DNA from: Piromyces finnis finn
Taxonomy: Eukaryota; Fungi; Neocallimastigomycota
DNA length: 64,000 nt
NCBI GenBank assembly: GCA_002104945.1
Contig: MCFH01000023.1
Coordinates: 434,001 to 498,000, forward strand
Reading direction: 5' to 3'
Within the stretch, counting starts at the first letter, position 1, and each line of letters starts with the position of its first letter. Below, in pieces: positions 12,609-29,323 of the stretch. The notes beneath the pieces were generated by a model. The model saw only the letters and a list, made by a program, of their open reading frames with translations. It did no database searches and was not told where the DNA came from. The translations under genes and the position numbers were made by a program.

Positions 12609-13949
12609 TATTAATAAATGCTGACAAATGGCATTTGGTTGAGAAAAAAAATGAAAATTTTATATTTATTTATAAAGTATAATTAGTTTTATTACAGCTA
12701 AAATATTGGCAATTATTCTTTGTTTATAGAGAGTATCAATGTCATCTCGAAATTCTTCATTTAAATCATTTATATCAATATCTCTTCGAAATATTGTTGA
12801 AGCATTATATGAATTAGAATAAAATGCAAGATCTCCTAAAAAGGTTTCATTGAATTTATTCAATTCTATTTCATCTTGAATAATTTCTTCTACAATTTCT
12901 TCTGAATTCCAAAGTGACATATAAATTACACCAGTAAAACTAAGAGCTATACCAAGTAATTTTGTTAATGAAATTTGCTCCTTTAATATTATGATAGTAA
13001 GAATATATGTGAAAATTGAAGAAGAATTTGATATAACCATCATATCTGAAACGTTAGAATGATTTATAGCAAAATACCATAAGAAGTATGGAATAATTTG
13101 TAATAAAGCCATAATAAAAATAAATGAGAAAGATGGTAATGCTCTTTTTTTACCTAATAAAGAGTACAATAAAATTTTTACATTTTTTGAAATAAAAAAT
13201 GAAATGTCAATTAACCTTGTGTATACTGGTTTTAATGAAGTTTGAAATTTTGATAGAGTTTCTTTATTATTGAAATATTTAAATTTATTATAATAGAATA
13301 CATTATTTTATTAGCTATAATATTTCTTTATTCATAATTTTATTTTTATTTTATTTTTTTTTTAATGAATTTTATGATTACTTGAATTTTTTATAAATCT
13401 TGCTACTTGCTGGTAATATTTCTTTTTTTCATTAGGTGATTCTAATTTCAATGTTTCCTTAACATTTGTTTTATTATGTCTGGCATAAAGCGGTATTGAA
13501 AATATTAACATACTTGTATTTAACCAACTATTATTTATTATAAATTGATTTACAAATTTAAAAATACATATTTAATTAAAATTATTATTTTTACATTATA
13601 AAAAAAAAAATGTTATTTATTTATCATACACTATCAGATATGGTTTGTTGTATTTCATGTTAATTTCAAGATTTCGTATTAATTCCTTTATATATGATAT
13701 AATTTCATAATCATTTATAAATAATGAAATTAAAAAATTAAAATATAAATATATAATTAACATAATATAAACTTTTCTTTTTTTTTTTATAAAAATAAAT
13801 GAATATATATAAATTTATATAAGGAATAAAATATGTTTGATATATCCTAATACCATTTGGAAATTCCAACAAACAATACATATTAGCAAGCAAATGGAAG
13901 AATATCTTAATTCATTAGGATGTAAATTAAAAGGGGTATTTATAGCCAT
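11636..13949 (-). CDS. DMT/EamA-superfamily transporter, SLC35F-like, multi-exon
   Basis: First exon MAINTPFNLHPNELRYSSICLLICIVCWNFQM, then YNKPY..WLNTS. The hydrophobic exons include SNVSDMMVISNSSSIFTYILTIIILKEQISLTKLLGIALSFTGV and GLMVSLPFTILSDYF, which fit the SLC35F pattern. The substrate is unknown. Confidence 0.8.
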
Positions 13950-14660
13950 GATGAGTATATGAATATGAGTAAATAATTTAATTTTATCCTGTTAAATTTT
14001 TATATATAACGATATATTTTTCTTTATTATTTAATTTTTGATGTTTCATTTACAATAATATTCTATAATATATATATATTTTTATTTAAAACATCTATTC
14101 ATATTTTTTTTTTTTAATTTCTAATTTTAATTATATTCTTGCAAATGAAATTAAAGCGCCTTTATGAATTATTAAATTAATAGTGCGAAATTCTTAAAAA
14201 TAAAAAAAAAAAGAAAGAAAGAAAAAAAAAACTTTATATTTAATTATCTTTTTTTTTTTTTTAATTCTATTATATTTTATTTAAATATTTATTCTTAATT
14301 TTTAAGTTTATTTATTTATATATTTTTGGTTTTTTTTTTATTTTATGCCAATTTGATACAATAATTTTTATATTAAATTAATAAATTATTATTTAATTTG
14401 TATTTTATACTTAATAACATAAAAATTAATAGATTAATGATATTTATTTATTACATTTTTGAAATATAAAAAATATTTATATATTTTTATAAAAGTTAAA
14501 AAATATTTGGTATAATATAGATTAAACTATATGTTCTATAATTTCAAATTGTTTTTAAAAAATAAAACCCAATATAAAAACTATTGTAATAATAATATAT
14601 TTTAATTTGTTATAGTATATTTATGATCAATACTTAATTTTTAAAATAATATTTCATATT

Positions 14661-17600
14661 TTACTTCATTAGTTGATTGTTCTTTTCAATAAATGACCTA
14701 AAAACCATATATTTATAATATAATTAGAAATGGTACTATTTATTATTAAATTATTCTATAATATAAAAACATACTTTAACCATGCTCTATGTTCTTGAAG
14801 TAAGGCTTCAGATTTATTTGTAAGATTTAAAGTATGAGATTGATTTAAACTATAATCGTTTATAGAATACAAATCATCATTTAATTTTGTTGATATATCA
14901 GAGCTATAGTTTGATTGTTTTGTATTATGAAGTGATTCATTATAATACTTTGATGGTGAATCAGTAGTTGTTTTTTTGACATAATTCATACTAACACCAT
15001 TATTTGATAAACCATGATTATATGAATCTAATACCATATTAAAAATATATATTACTTATTTATTCATTTATTTATTTTATATAAAATATATAAACAATTA
15101 TTACCATATTTTGTGTTTCTATCATTCATTAAATAACTTGATTGGTAATATGATTTGCTTTTGTTATTTAATGATGAATAACATGAGTAGTTATGATTAA
15201 TACTAAGATTATTCATTCTTTGAGAAGACGAAGAAAATCCGTAGTTATCTTTATTTAAAGAATTATCATAATTATATGTTTTTGAATGTTTGTATTTATT
15301 ATCAAATAATCCATAAGATGAAGAATTATTTCTAGTAGTTCTAATGTGATCCAAAAGACTATCCAATTCCTTACCTAATTCTTCTGTATCAAACATTAAA
15401 TTTTTATTTGAATAATTATTTTTTGTTGGGATTGTACTATCATAATTATCACCATAAAAAATTTTCTTATTACTAGTAAGATATGGAGAATCTTTAAGAT
15501 AAGGTGAATTTATTTCTTCATCATTACTGTAATTTGATCTACTTTCATTTAAATTAGCACCAAGTATATAATTATTTTCGTATTTTCTTGGTGGTAAATC
15601 ACCTCTCATATCATTTTTATTATTCAATTTATAATTATGGCTTTCTGAATTGAAATCTTTATATTTATTACTTTGAGAAGATTTAATATGTATAGACGAT
15701 GAATTATTTTCATTTTCGTTTGAGGAGAATTTCAAACCGTTTGGTTTTATTCCCCAATTATATTTTTCACTTAATTCATTAATATCATTAATTCGTTTAT
15801 TTATATTATAAATACTTTCATTTGAATTTGCATATTTTATTGGAATATTATTTATTGTATTATCATTTTCATATTTAATTCCTAATGAAACATTTTTCTT
15901 TACACCATCTTTATTTTCCATAGGGTTATTAGAATCATCTTCATCAAAACTTATTGATATTTTTTCATCAGTTTCACTATTTTTTTCAGTATATTTATAG
16001 GAATAGTCCAAAAATTCATTTTCATGAGATTCTAACTTTTTCCTACTTAATTCTAATTCTTTAGCTGTTTTTTTGAGATTTTTATCAATAAGATCAAAAT
16101 TTTCTTTTCCATCAGTCTCGATGTATGTTTTTATAAAATTTTTATTATAATTGTCTATCTCAGAAAAAATGACAATTTTTTCATATATAATAATTAAATT
16201 AATAATTGGAAAAATAATAAATAAATAGGTATATATATCTCTTCTTTATATTTATTATATAATTTACCTTGAATTTTTATTCTTGGACTATATGAATTAC
16301 TATCTTCACCTATCTCGATTTTACTATTGTTTATTTTAGTTTTTTGTTGATTAACATAGTTAGTATTAGTGTAGGCTCTTCGAGCATTAATACAATGGGC
16401 TTTGATAATGGAAGCCAATTCAGATACTTCTTTCTCAATAATATCTTGAAGCTTTGTTTTATTATCTTCTAATAACAATTTATCCTTTTCAATCTCGTCT
16501 TTTTGTTTATTATATGAATCGAATAATTGATTGAGCTCGTCTTCCAGCATTTCTTTATGTGTATTTAATTTTTTACGTTCATCTTCAATATCAGCCAAAA
16601 GTTGTTCATTAATAGCTTGATGAGACAGTATCTTATCTCGAAGATCAAAATTGTTACTAATACTTTCTTTTTCTGGATCTTGTTGATTCTCAAGATTGTG
16701 TTTATCAATATTTACAATTTCTAAGTGTTGACGGTACATTTCTTCTCGTTTTTTTTCTTGATTAATTAATTCAATAGTATTTGAATGAATCTTTTTAATA
16801 CGTTCACTAAAGTTCTTTTCTTCTTCTTCTTCTTCTTTTGTCCATTCCTCCCTTCTAAAGGCTAATTGTTTATTAAATCTATTCTTTTCTTCTTCTTGCT
16901 TTTCTAATAATTCACGTGTTAATTTTAATTCTTCACGTTTTCTCATTTGTTGAATTAATTCAAAAATTTTTTCTTTATTTTCTTCCTCTAAAGTTTTTTG
17001 TTGATTACATCTTTCTTCTTCAAACTTTATTTTAGTTTCTTTATATTCTTTTTCAATTTCTTCTCTTATTTTCTCTATTTTAGTATCATATTCACTTTTT
17101 ATACGAATTTGTTCATCATCGATTTTAATATCATAAAATTTTTTTAGCTCCTGTTTATTTTTTTCTAAATCTTCTTCATATTGTTGTCTTAGCTTTTCTT
17201 TTTCAATTTTTAGTTTCTTTAAATTATATTCTTCTAATTGTTGAATTTCTTCTTTTCTTTTCAAAATCTCATTATTTACTTCTTGTTCTTTCTTTTTAAT
17301 ATTTTCTAATTCTTTTGAATTATTTGATTCAATTTGAAGTTGTAATTCCTTTATTTTGTCATCATCTAATTTCTTATTCAAAATTTCTTTTAACTCTTGT
17401 TCATGTTTTAAATTTAATTGCTTTTCTTCCTCTTCATATTGTTCTTTCATTTTTTTCAATTCATCTTCATGTTGTTGACGATATTCTTGTTTTTTTGTTT
17501 CATAATCTTTTTCTATCATTATTCTCTCATTTTCTAATTTTGTATCATTTTCTTTAATTATTTTTTGATATTCCTTATTATATTTATTTTCTTCTTCTAT

Positions 17601-19870
17601 TTTTAAACTATTTAATTTTTCAGAATATTGATTTTTTATTTTTTCCACTTCATCATTATACATATTTTCTTGACTATTTTGTAATTTCACTAGATTTGAT
17701 TTTTGAACTTCTGAAAGATTTGTATCATTATCATTTTTTATTTTTTCTAATTTTTCTTTATATTCATTCATAAGTTTATTTTTTTGATTGTCAAATTCAT
17801 ATTTTAATTCTTTGATACCTTTCTCGCTTTCGGATTTTAATATTTCTACTTTTTGACGATAATCATTAGTAATTTTGTTAATTTCTTCTTTATGTAACTT
17901 GATAATATTATCAATTTCACTTTTATTTTTTATTTTAAGTTCATTAAGTTCATTATCATTTTCCTTTTTCATTTCATTTTTTTTTGCTATAAATGACTCA
18001 CGTTCTTTAATAAGTTCCTTTTCATTGCTTACCATCAAATTTTGAATCTCTACTTCATGCATTGCTTCAATTTCATGTATTTTGACTTCGTTAGCTTCAT
18101 TAAGTTCTTTAATTTGTTTATCATATTTTTCTTTTAATTGATCTAATTGCTTTTGTATTTCCTCTTTAGCATTCATCATTTGTGAACTAAGAAGTTGGGT
18201 ATCAGAATCTATTGAATTATTATTATTAGTAACTGAAGGTAATTCATTTTCTTCTTCTTTCTCAGGTGTTGATAAAGCAAATTCGATTACAAGATCCTTT
18301 TTACGGTCTTCTTTAATAGTAGAAGTAACTGTAACTGAGTTATTATTTTCTGGTTTTAATATTTTATCTGTTGGAATACTATAGTTATCACTTATTTCCG
18401 AATTAATTTCAATAGTTGGTGCTTTTTGATTTGCAATAATTTGCGATATATTTTTGTTTTTTACATCTGCAATAGCTAAACTTTCTGATTTTTCTTCCAT
18501 ATTTTCTTCATCTTCTTCATCTTCATCGTACTCTTCAAAATCTTCTTCGACATCTTCCTCTTCCTCAATATCTTCATTATCATTATCCTCTTCTTCTTCT
18601 TCTTCTTCTTCTTCTTCTTCTTCTTCTTCATCATCTTCATCTTCATCTTCTTCATCTTCTTCATCTTCTTCATTATTTATATCAGTTACACTTTTATGAA
18701 CATTATATAATACTATATAATTGAAATAATAATAATAGCAATAACAACAATAAAAATAATATATTGTATATAATTAATAATACAAATATATAATTAAATT
18801 TTAAAAAAATATTATGTTAAAAATAACATATATTATATATATAGAAATTCAATATGTTTACTTTCGTTAAGAGATTTTTCCCTACATTCTTCTTCATCGT
18901 CTACAGATAAATTTAAATCAGAGATGCTTAAAAGTTGATTTTTATTAGATAATATGGATGTTTCATTTTTTTTATTATCTAATGGATCTAATTGAGTTTT
19001 TGATTTTAAATAACTATTTTTTATTGGAGCTAATTCAACAGTTCTAGATATTGATTTTTCTGTAATTTTACTTTCACTTGATTTCAAATCACTTTCTGAT
19101 ATTTGAGTGTCTGTTTCTGCATTCTTTTTTTAAATAAAAAAAAAATCAATTTATTTTTCATTCTTTAAATTTACTTTAATATAAGCTAATTAATAAGTTT
19201 TATATATCTTTTAATCATTGTATTATTATAATTACATTATCAATTATAAAAGGATGAGATTTTTTATATGCCTCTAATCCTTCCTTTTTACATTTTTCTT
19301 TTTCACTCTCATATAATTTTCTGTAATACTCATCACAAGGATGGTCCCATATACTTTCACCAGTAACGAAATTAAAGTAATATATATTGTCATCATCTGT
19401 TTGACTGTTATATATAATTTATAAAATCAATAAATATATATATATAGAAAATACACATTTTTTTATATTTTATTTATTTTAAATATACATATATAAAATT
19501 ATTTATTATTTTTAAACATTGTACCATGGTTTCCAATTTGGAGGAAGGGGTGCTTTTAACGATTCTCTTGCAATCCATAAAAAATGTTTTTCTTTTTCTA
19601 CATTCATTCCAAGAAATGAAGCATATTCCTCAATTTCTATAAATTATCATTATAATTATAATCATTATTGTTAATAACATAGTTTTCATTTTTTGTTATT
19701 TATTTTTTTTTTTATTAAAAACAATATATAACAAAACATTTAATAAAGCATCTAAATATATATAATTAAATAATAATAGTAATAATAATAGAAAATCTCA
19801 ATTTTTATTTACCTTCAAGGGTTGGTTCATAGTTTTCATCAAATTCTTCTTCTAAAATTGTACTAGTCAT
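14661..19870 (-). CDS. CEP164: CEP164 centriole distal-appendage (transition-fibre) protein: N-terminal WW domain, acidic tract, long coiled coil
   Basis: Spliced N-terminus (exons 19870-19813, 19636-19525, 19404-): [85 protein letters not shown]. This closely matches the CEP164 N-terminal signature as recalled. The 16194-18500 exon is an E/K-rich coiled coil. The last small exon ends at TAA 14661. Confidence 0.88.
18530..18675 (-). repeat. Coding (GAA/GAT)n trinucleotide tract giving a poly-Glu/Asp run in CEP164
   Basis: (TCT/TCA)n on the + strand. The minus frame continuous with the 16194-18500 ORF reads [26 protein letters not shown]. Confidence 0.85.
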
Positions 19871-21233
19871 TTTATTATATTAATTCTATTAATAACTATT
19901 TAAAATAATGAAAATATTAATGAGACGCTTATATTTTGGTTTATAAGAATGTTGATAATACTTCTATTTTTTACAATATTGTTCATTATTTTTATAATAT
20001 TTGTAATGAAGCATACTCATATAACTTTTGGATGATAGAATAAACTAAACTAAACAAAATTTAGGATAACTAAATTAAAAGAAGTATATTTTCAATTATT
20101 ATGATATCATAAAGATTTTTATAATATAAAAACTGCGCAAAGTTCTTTAAAAAAAAAATATATTTTATTTTTATTATTATTTTTTGAGTATCTTGTAATT
20201 ATCTAACTATTGAAATATCTTCTAATAAATGTATTTATTTTAAATAAATAATTAAATAATTCTATTTAATTATAATTATTGTCTTTTAATTATTATTCTA
20301 TTTTTGAATAAATATAATGATATTTTGTTTTTGTTTTTGTTTTTTTTTTATTTCATAAAATTAATTTAATTAAATTTTATTTAATTAAAAAAAACTAGTT
20401 TACAGATAAAAAATTATAAAAAATTTATTTTTGTTTTATATATTTAATAATTATAAAAAGTTTATTTAATATAATTTTTTACAATTTCAAAAATATTTAA
20501 AATAAATATTAATAATATTAAAAATAAATATAAATAGTGTATACTCTTTTTTTTGTATGGTATGTATGTATGTATTTCTTTTCTTTTCAGTATATAAATT
20601 TTAAAATAAGCTTAATTATACTATGAAAAATACACATTACTATAATTGTATTTATATATTTCATAAACATTAAATAAACTTCCATATTATATATACCCAT
20701 ATTATTCTGGAAATTATTCTAAAATAAAATGATAGTTTAAAATAAAAATTTTATCCACCATAACCTTTTTTTTAAATCATAATCCTCAATTAATACTAAT
20801 CTTTATCATATAAGTATACAAATTATTATGTATGGCTAACTAAATAAGAAGAAAATTTAAGTAAAAATACTTTAATAAGTTTCTTTTTTATTAAATAATT
20901 ATTATTATATCTTATTTCTATTTTTATATAAAATAAAATTTATATATTTTATTTTTTTATTTAAAAAAAAAAAAAGAAACAATAATTCAATGTTTTTTCG
21001 TAATTAAATTATTCACTAAATAATAAAAAAAAGAGAAGAGAAAATTATTATATTAAATAAAAAATAATCAAATAACTTGAATTTTTAGTTTACTATTATT
21101 ATTATTATTCTATCCCATAATTTTTTAAAAAAAATATATTATTAATAATATATATAATAAAAGAGTCAATAAGTTTTTATTATATTTATAATTTATAATA
21201 AATCAGTTTATAATTATTGTAAAATAGTTAATA

Positions 21234-24329
<3,096 letters not shown>

Positions 24330-25753
24330 AATTTATAAAAAAAAAATATGTTAATTTTTATTATTTAATTTAATTATCATTCCGTATATTAAAAAGAATA
24401 ATCTATGATATAAAAATAAAAAATAAAAAATTTCTTTATAGTATATTTTATAAATATAAATATTTGTATATATGTTTAACTATACCAAAATTATATATAT
24501 TGTATATACTAAAAATCGAGAAGTAAAAAAAAAAAATCAGCTATCTCTTAAACATATATATTAATATATCAACAAAACAAGAAAATAATATTAAAAGTAT
24601 ATAGTAATAATATGAAGAAATAATTAAAATTAAAATAAATAATTTTAATAATTATTAAATAGTTCTATTAAATATAGTTATAATTGAGAATATAATCATT
24701 ACTTTAAAAACAATAAATAACAATAATAAAAATAAAAAAAAAACTTATATTATTATCAAATTAGCTTTTGTTTTATCTTTAATTTTTACTGTTCTTTATT
24801 TTAAATTTTATTTTTTTAATTTTAATCTTTTTATTTTACTCTTACAATTTTTATTATGTATATTTTATAAATTTATTTTTTAATATTTTTTTTTATTCTT
24901 TTTTTTTTATTCTATCCTTTTTTTTTTTTTTTTATTTCTTTACTTATTTATTTTTGAAAGTTGATGGGAGAAAAAAAAAATAAAATAAAAAATAAAAGAT
25001 ATAGAATTATATGCGGAATATAAAAATAAAATTTTATTTTATAGCGCCTTAATTATTATAAATATAATTTATCTAAACGAAATATTGTTAATAAATATAC
25101 TTTTATTTTTAAGAAATGAGTATTTTTTAAAAAAACTGTTTTTTGTTTATTCGGAATATACGCTGGTTTGAATGTATTTCTTTTATTAATGAAAGAGTCT
25201 TCACTTGTAAAATATTGATGATAATACAGCCTCTTCTTTTTTTTCTTGTAGTTTTAACAAAAATTTAAAAAAACAATTTGTAACTCTTATTCTAATAATA
25301 TTTATTTTTGTTTTTACATTTTTATTATTATATTTGTTTACTATTTTAATAAAGAAACATTTTTTTATTTAAAAAATCAATTAAATTATTAAATATTATT
25401 CATATCTTGAATGATATTTAAAATTTAAATAAAGATTTATATATATAAAAATGCCTCTGGATTTTATTCCTTTTATTTTTTTCATATTTATTTTTTACTT
25501 TTTTTTTTTTTAATTTATTTTTGTTATTATATTTTGTAATACTTATTTTTGTTGTTTATTTGTATTTTATGTTATATATTTATTTGTTATATTTATTATT
25601 CATTTTGTTTTTAAATTATTACTTATTAAATATATATTTATTCAATTGTATTTTTTCTTTCTTTAAAGATAATTATATTCATTTCATGTTCAAAAATATA
25701 TATTCCTATCATATTTATCACACAATTAATCATTAGAAACATTTTGATATTTT

Positions 25754-28700
25754 TTAAATATTACTAATATCATTATTAATTGAATTAGCTAATTGATTTT
25801 GCATATTTAAAGTTCGTCTTCTTATTTCTTTTTCTCTTCTTTCTTCTTCTTGTTGTTGAGCTCTTTGCTTTAATATATTATTTTCAAATCCTGTGGTTAC
25901 ATTAAGTTCATTCATAAAGCGTTCAACAAAAGTTTGCCCTTCTATATCAAATTTTTTTAATTCTATTTGACGTTCATCAACAATATCATAATTATTAAGT
26001 TTACTACCAATAGAATTTGATTTTTTTATAAAATAATTAGATTCTTCAGCTGTTTTCCTCAATAATGGAAGATTATCAGCTGATAAATTATAATTACCGT
26101 TTTTATATAATGAAGTTTTAGCATTATAATTAATATTATTAGTAGCATTGCTATTACTATTAATTATAGTATTATTTTTTGTAATGATATCTAAATCATC
26201 ACTAATACTATTAACATCAGAGATATCAGATACTACTGCAGATAATGGTTTAGAACTATTGTCAGGTGGAATATAAAAAATCGAAGTTTTTTTACTTTTA
26301 CGTTGTTTCTTGGCCAATTCTGATGAACTTATATCAACACATTGAGTAGAAGGACTTCTACTATAGATTTTGTGTTGTTGAATTCCAGGAATAGAAACAT
26401 CACTATTAATATCTATAGTAAAATTTTTAGATTGAATACTAGGAGAATTACCAAGACTTGGTACCTTCATAGGAATATTAGTAAATGATTGATTTGGAGA
26501 AGGTTTAGTATTATTAACAGAAATAGTAGATACTATTGGTGAACATGATTTAAATTCTTTGATACTTTCGTATGAAGTTGAAAGTAATGATGAAGAATCT
26601 TTTCCATTATTAATTTGAGGAATAGGAATAAGATGTTGACTATTAAAGGATGTCTTCCGTGGTCTTGGAGAAATAGAAACAGCTGAAATATTTTCAATCG
26701 AAGCATGAGTTGATACAGGAGATATTACTGGTGTAATACTGTCAAAACGACGTGGATTGGCATCACTAAATTCATTAGTACTTAATTCCGACATTGGTGA
26801 ACTAAGGTTGTATTCTGGGTTAATCATACGAAGAGAATTGCTTACAGAATAAGAATTTGAATCACTTCCAAATTGTTTAAGTTTTTGTTGAATCATTGCA
26901 TTTTGCTTTAATTTCTGATTAATTTGTTGTTTAAGTTGATTTTGAAGTTGTTGTTGTTGTTGTTGTTGTTGCTGAATCTTTTTTACTCTTATTTCTTGTT
27001 TTTGTTGAAGTTGTAACAACATATACTGTTGTTGTTGTTTAGCTCTTTCTTTTTTAGACTTGACTTGAAGAGAAGGAGCACTGTTATTAAGAATTCTTTG
27101 AAGCTCCTCTTGTCCCCGAATGCGTGCTGGACTATTCATATTAATATTAGTTAATACAAAATCATCTTGAATATAATTCGCTTGCTCCTTTTTCATTGTT
27201 TGGTTATTGACATCATATTTTTTAATGTTATTATCAATATTTGGTGACTTCGCTATACTATCTGGAATTAATGGTGTCTTATATTCATTCTTTGCTAGTC
27301 CTTCTGGGAAGTATGCCTTTTCTAAATGATTTAAAGCTTTATGAATTGTAGCATCAGCATCAGAGGTATCAATTAATTCTTTATTATTTTGTTGTTGATT
27401 ACATTCTAGCTGATCTAAAAGCTGAATTAAAGTACTGAAAATTTCTTTTTCAGACTCCTTACTAGAAATTATCTTTTTTGGCTTTGAAACTTCTGAATAT
27501 GGCTCTTGATAAAACACTGGTTGTTTTGGGATACTTGATTTTCTTTTATTTACTGGAAGAATAATATTATCACGAACAATTTTATTATTAGTGGTAGTAT
27601 TTGATGTGCCATTATTGCAATTAATATAATAAGAATTTAATAAACTATTAGTAGTAGTATCATTAGTAATTACTCTACTACTTTTTTTTGAAACATTAGA
27701 GTAGTTTGAATCATTTGAATTTAATCTACTATTTACAGTAGAAATACTCTGAACTGAAAGTACGCTGTTTCGAACATTTATATGATTATCATTATCAGAA
27801 AGATTAGAATTATCAATCTTATCAATAATAGATTTATCAATATTATTTTGATTTTGGCCAATGTGATAACCAGCTTCTTTGACATTAACTTCACTTTCTA
27901 ATGAAAGTTTATTGATATATTTATGTGGTAAATCATCCTTTGGACTCTTAATTTCTGGATGTGGTGATGGTGGTGGGGTGTTTTTAACTATTGGATTAAC
28001 TATTGGATTATTTTGGGAAAGCGGAGAGGAAAAAGACTCCTTTCTACCATACTCTGAAGAAATTGATGGGGATTTTATAATACCAGTGTTAATATTTCCT
28101 GGTAATATAGATAATGAAGATTTTCTATGACTTGGTGACATTGATCTTGAACGATTGGATTCATAATAATTATCATTTTTCAAACTCTTATCATGAAAAC
28201 TTCTACTGATCCTTTGATCTTTACTACCAAGAGAATTTTTACGATAAAGAGCAGATATTGGATGAACATTATAATCCTTACTATAATACATATTACCTAA
28301 AGAATCACTAGATGAACTAACAGAAAATGAATTAGACGTTGGTCCGATAAATAAATCATTTGGTGTTGAAGGTGAAGGTGGAACTGTCTTGGAAGAATCA
28401 CTTTGACTATTATCAGTATCTTTTTGATTATTAATTTTAATATTTAAAGGTTTAGTTATTGGTGAAGATAATGAAGGTGATGGAATACATGATGGATTAG
28501 ATTGACCTACAAAAGACTTTTGTCTTGCCTTACGAGTACTATCTAACAAAGATATACTTCTTTGAGGAATTAAAAAATCAGAATAAGAAGAAGCAGATAA
28601 ATTACTTGAATTTGAATTTCTGTTTGAAAAATCTCCTTTGATACTATTTTCTATATCGTTTAAAATTGTTTCACTACTACTACTTATTAATTGGTTATTT

Positions 28701-29323
28701 TGAAAAATTTTATTGCCACTTAAACTTTTATTAATAATGTTATTGGATATTGATAAATTAGAAATAATTTTATCACTACTTCCATAGGTAAAGGATTGAT
28801 TCCATCTCATTTTCTCATTTAAGGAACTACAACTATTTGAACTATCATATTCATTACTATCATAAATTAATAATTCAGGTGTACTTAAAGAACTATTTGA
28901 GCGACTTCTTCCCATAAACATATGATTATCTGATACTGGAAAACTATTGATTCTATTTCCATTTCCCTTTTGGCTTATATATTCATAATAATTAGAATCA
29001 TATTTTATATTTTCCTTCTCATGCTGATAATTAAATGATGTTTCATCAGGAAATGATTTAAATTCTTCATCTGATTCAATATCAATATCTTCCTCATCAA
29101 TATCAGAATTAGAGCGAGTTTTAAATGAATCTGAACTCCTTGCACTATTAATACGAGTTATATTTGATTCAGTTGTACTTTGTCTTGAGTTTCCTTCCTC
29201 TTCTTTCTGATTTTTTATATCTTCTTTTTGAATAATAGTAGCTGTACTATTCAAAGAAATTGTATTTTTCTTTTCTTTTTCGTATTGGTCTAATAAATCT
29301 AAAGTTTCATAAAGTATTTCCAT
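25754..29323 (-). CDS. Intronless 1189-aa Ser/Asn/Pro-rich, largely disordered protein of unknown function
   Basis: A long uninterrupted ORF in a background where stop codons are very frequent. It has a poly-Q tract, many SP/TP sites and a charged C-terminal helix. No domain was recognised. Confidence 0.8.
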   Translation of the reverse strand: MEILYETLDLLDQYEKEKKNTISLNSTATIIQKEDIKNQKEEEGNSRQSTTESNITRINSARSSDSFKTRSNSDIDEEDIDIESDEEFKSFPDETSFNYQHEKENIKYDSNYYEYISQKGNGNRINSFPVSDNHMFMGRSRSNSSLSTPELLIYDSNEYDSSNSCSSLNEKMRWNQSFTYGSSDKIISNLSISNNIINKSLSGNKIFQNNQLISSSSETILNDIENSIKGDFSNRNSNSSNLSASSYSDFLIPQRSISLLDSTRKARQKSFVGQSNPSCIPSPSLSSPITKPLNIKINNQKDTDNSQSDSSKTVPPSPSTPNDLFIGPTSNSFSVSSSSDSLGNMYYSKDYNVHPISALYRKNSLGSKDQRISRSFHDKSLKNDNYYESNRSRSMSPSHRKSSLSILPGNINTGIIKSPSISSEYGRKESFSSPLSQNNPIVNPIVKNTPPPSPHPEIKSPKDDLPHKYINKLSLESEVNVKEAGYHIGQNQNNIDKSIIDKIDNSNLSDNDNHINVRNSVLSVQSISTVNSRLNSNDSNYSNVSKKSSRVITNDTTTNSLLNSYYINCNNGTSNTTTNNKIVRDNIILPVNKRKSSIPKQPVFYQEPYSEVSKPKKIISSKESEKEIFSTLIQLLDQLECNQQQNNKELIDTSDADATIHKALNHLEKAYFPEGLAKNEYKTPLIPDSIAKSPNIDNNIKKYDVNNQTMKKEQANYIQDDFVLTNINMNSPARIRGQEELQRILNNSAPSLQVKSKKERAKQQQQYMLLQLQQKQEIRVKKIQQQQQQQQQLQNQLKQQINQKLKQNAMIQQKLKQFGSDSNSYSVSNSLRMINPEYNLSSPMSELSTNEFSDANPRRFDSITPVISPVSTHASIENISAVSISPRPRKTSFNSQHLIPIPQINNGKDSSSLLSTSYESIKEFKSCSPIVSTISVNNTKPSPNQSFTNIPMKVPSLGNSPSIQSKNFTIDINSDVSIPGIQQHKIYSRSPSTQCVDISSSELAKKQRKSKKTSIFYIPPDNSSKPLSAVVSDISDVNSISDDLDIITKNNTIINSNSNATNNINYNAKTSLYKNGNYNLSADNLPLLRKTAEESNYFIKKSNSIGSKLNNYDIVDERQIELKKFDIEGQTFVERFMNELNVTTGFENNILKQRAQQQEEERREKEIRRRTLNMQNQLANSINNDISNI

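Noticed and set aside
18454-18699. Poly-Ser ORF and the MKK-repeat ORF at 18476-18673
   Set aside because: Alternative frames of the CEP164 poly-Glu/Asp tract.
25521-25736. Short hydrophobic F/L/I/Y-rich ORFs; also 30126-30335, 46564-46818 and 57932-58153
   Set aside because: Expected from T-rich non-coding DNA, with alternative start codons and no coding signature.
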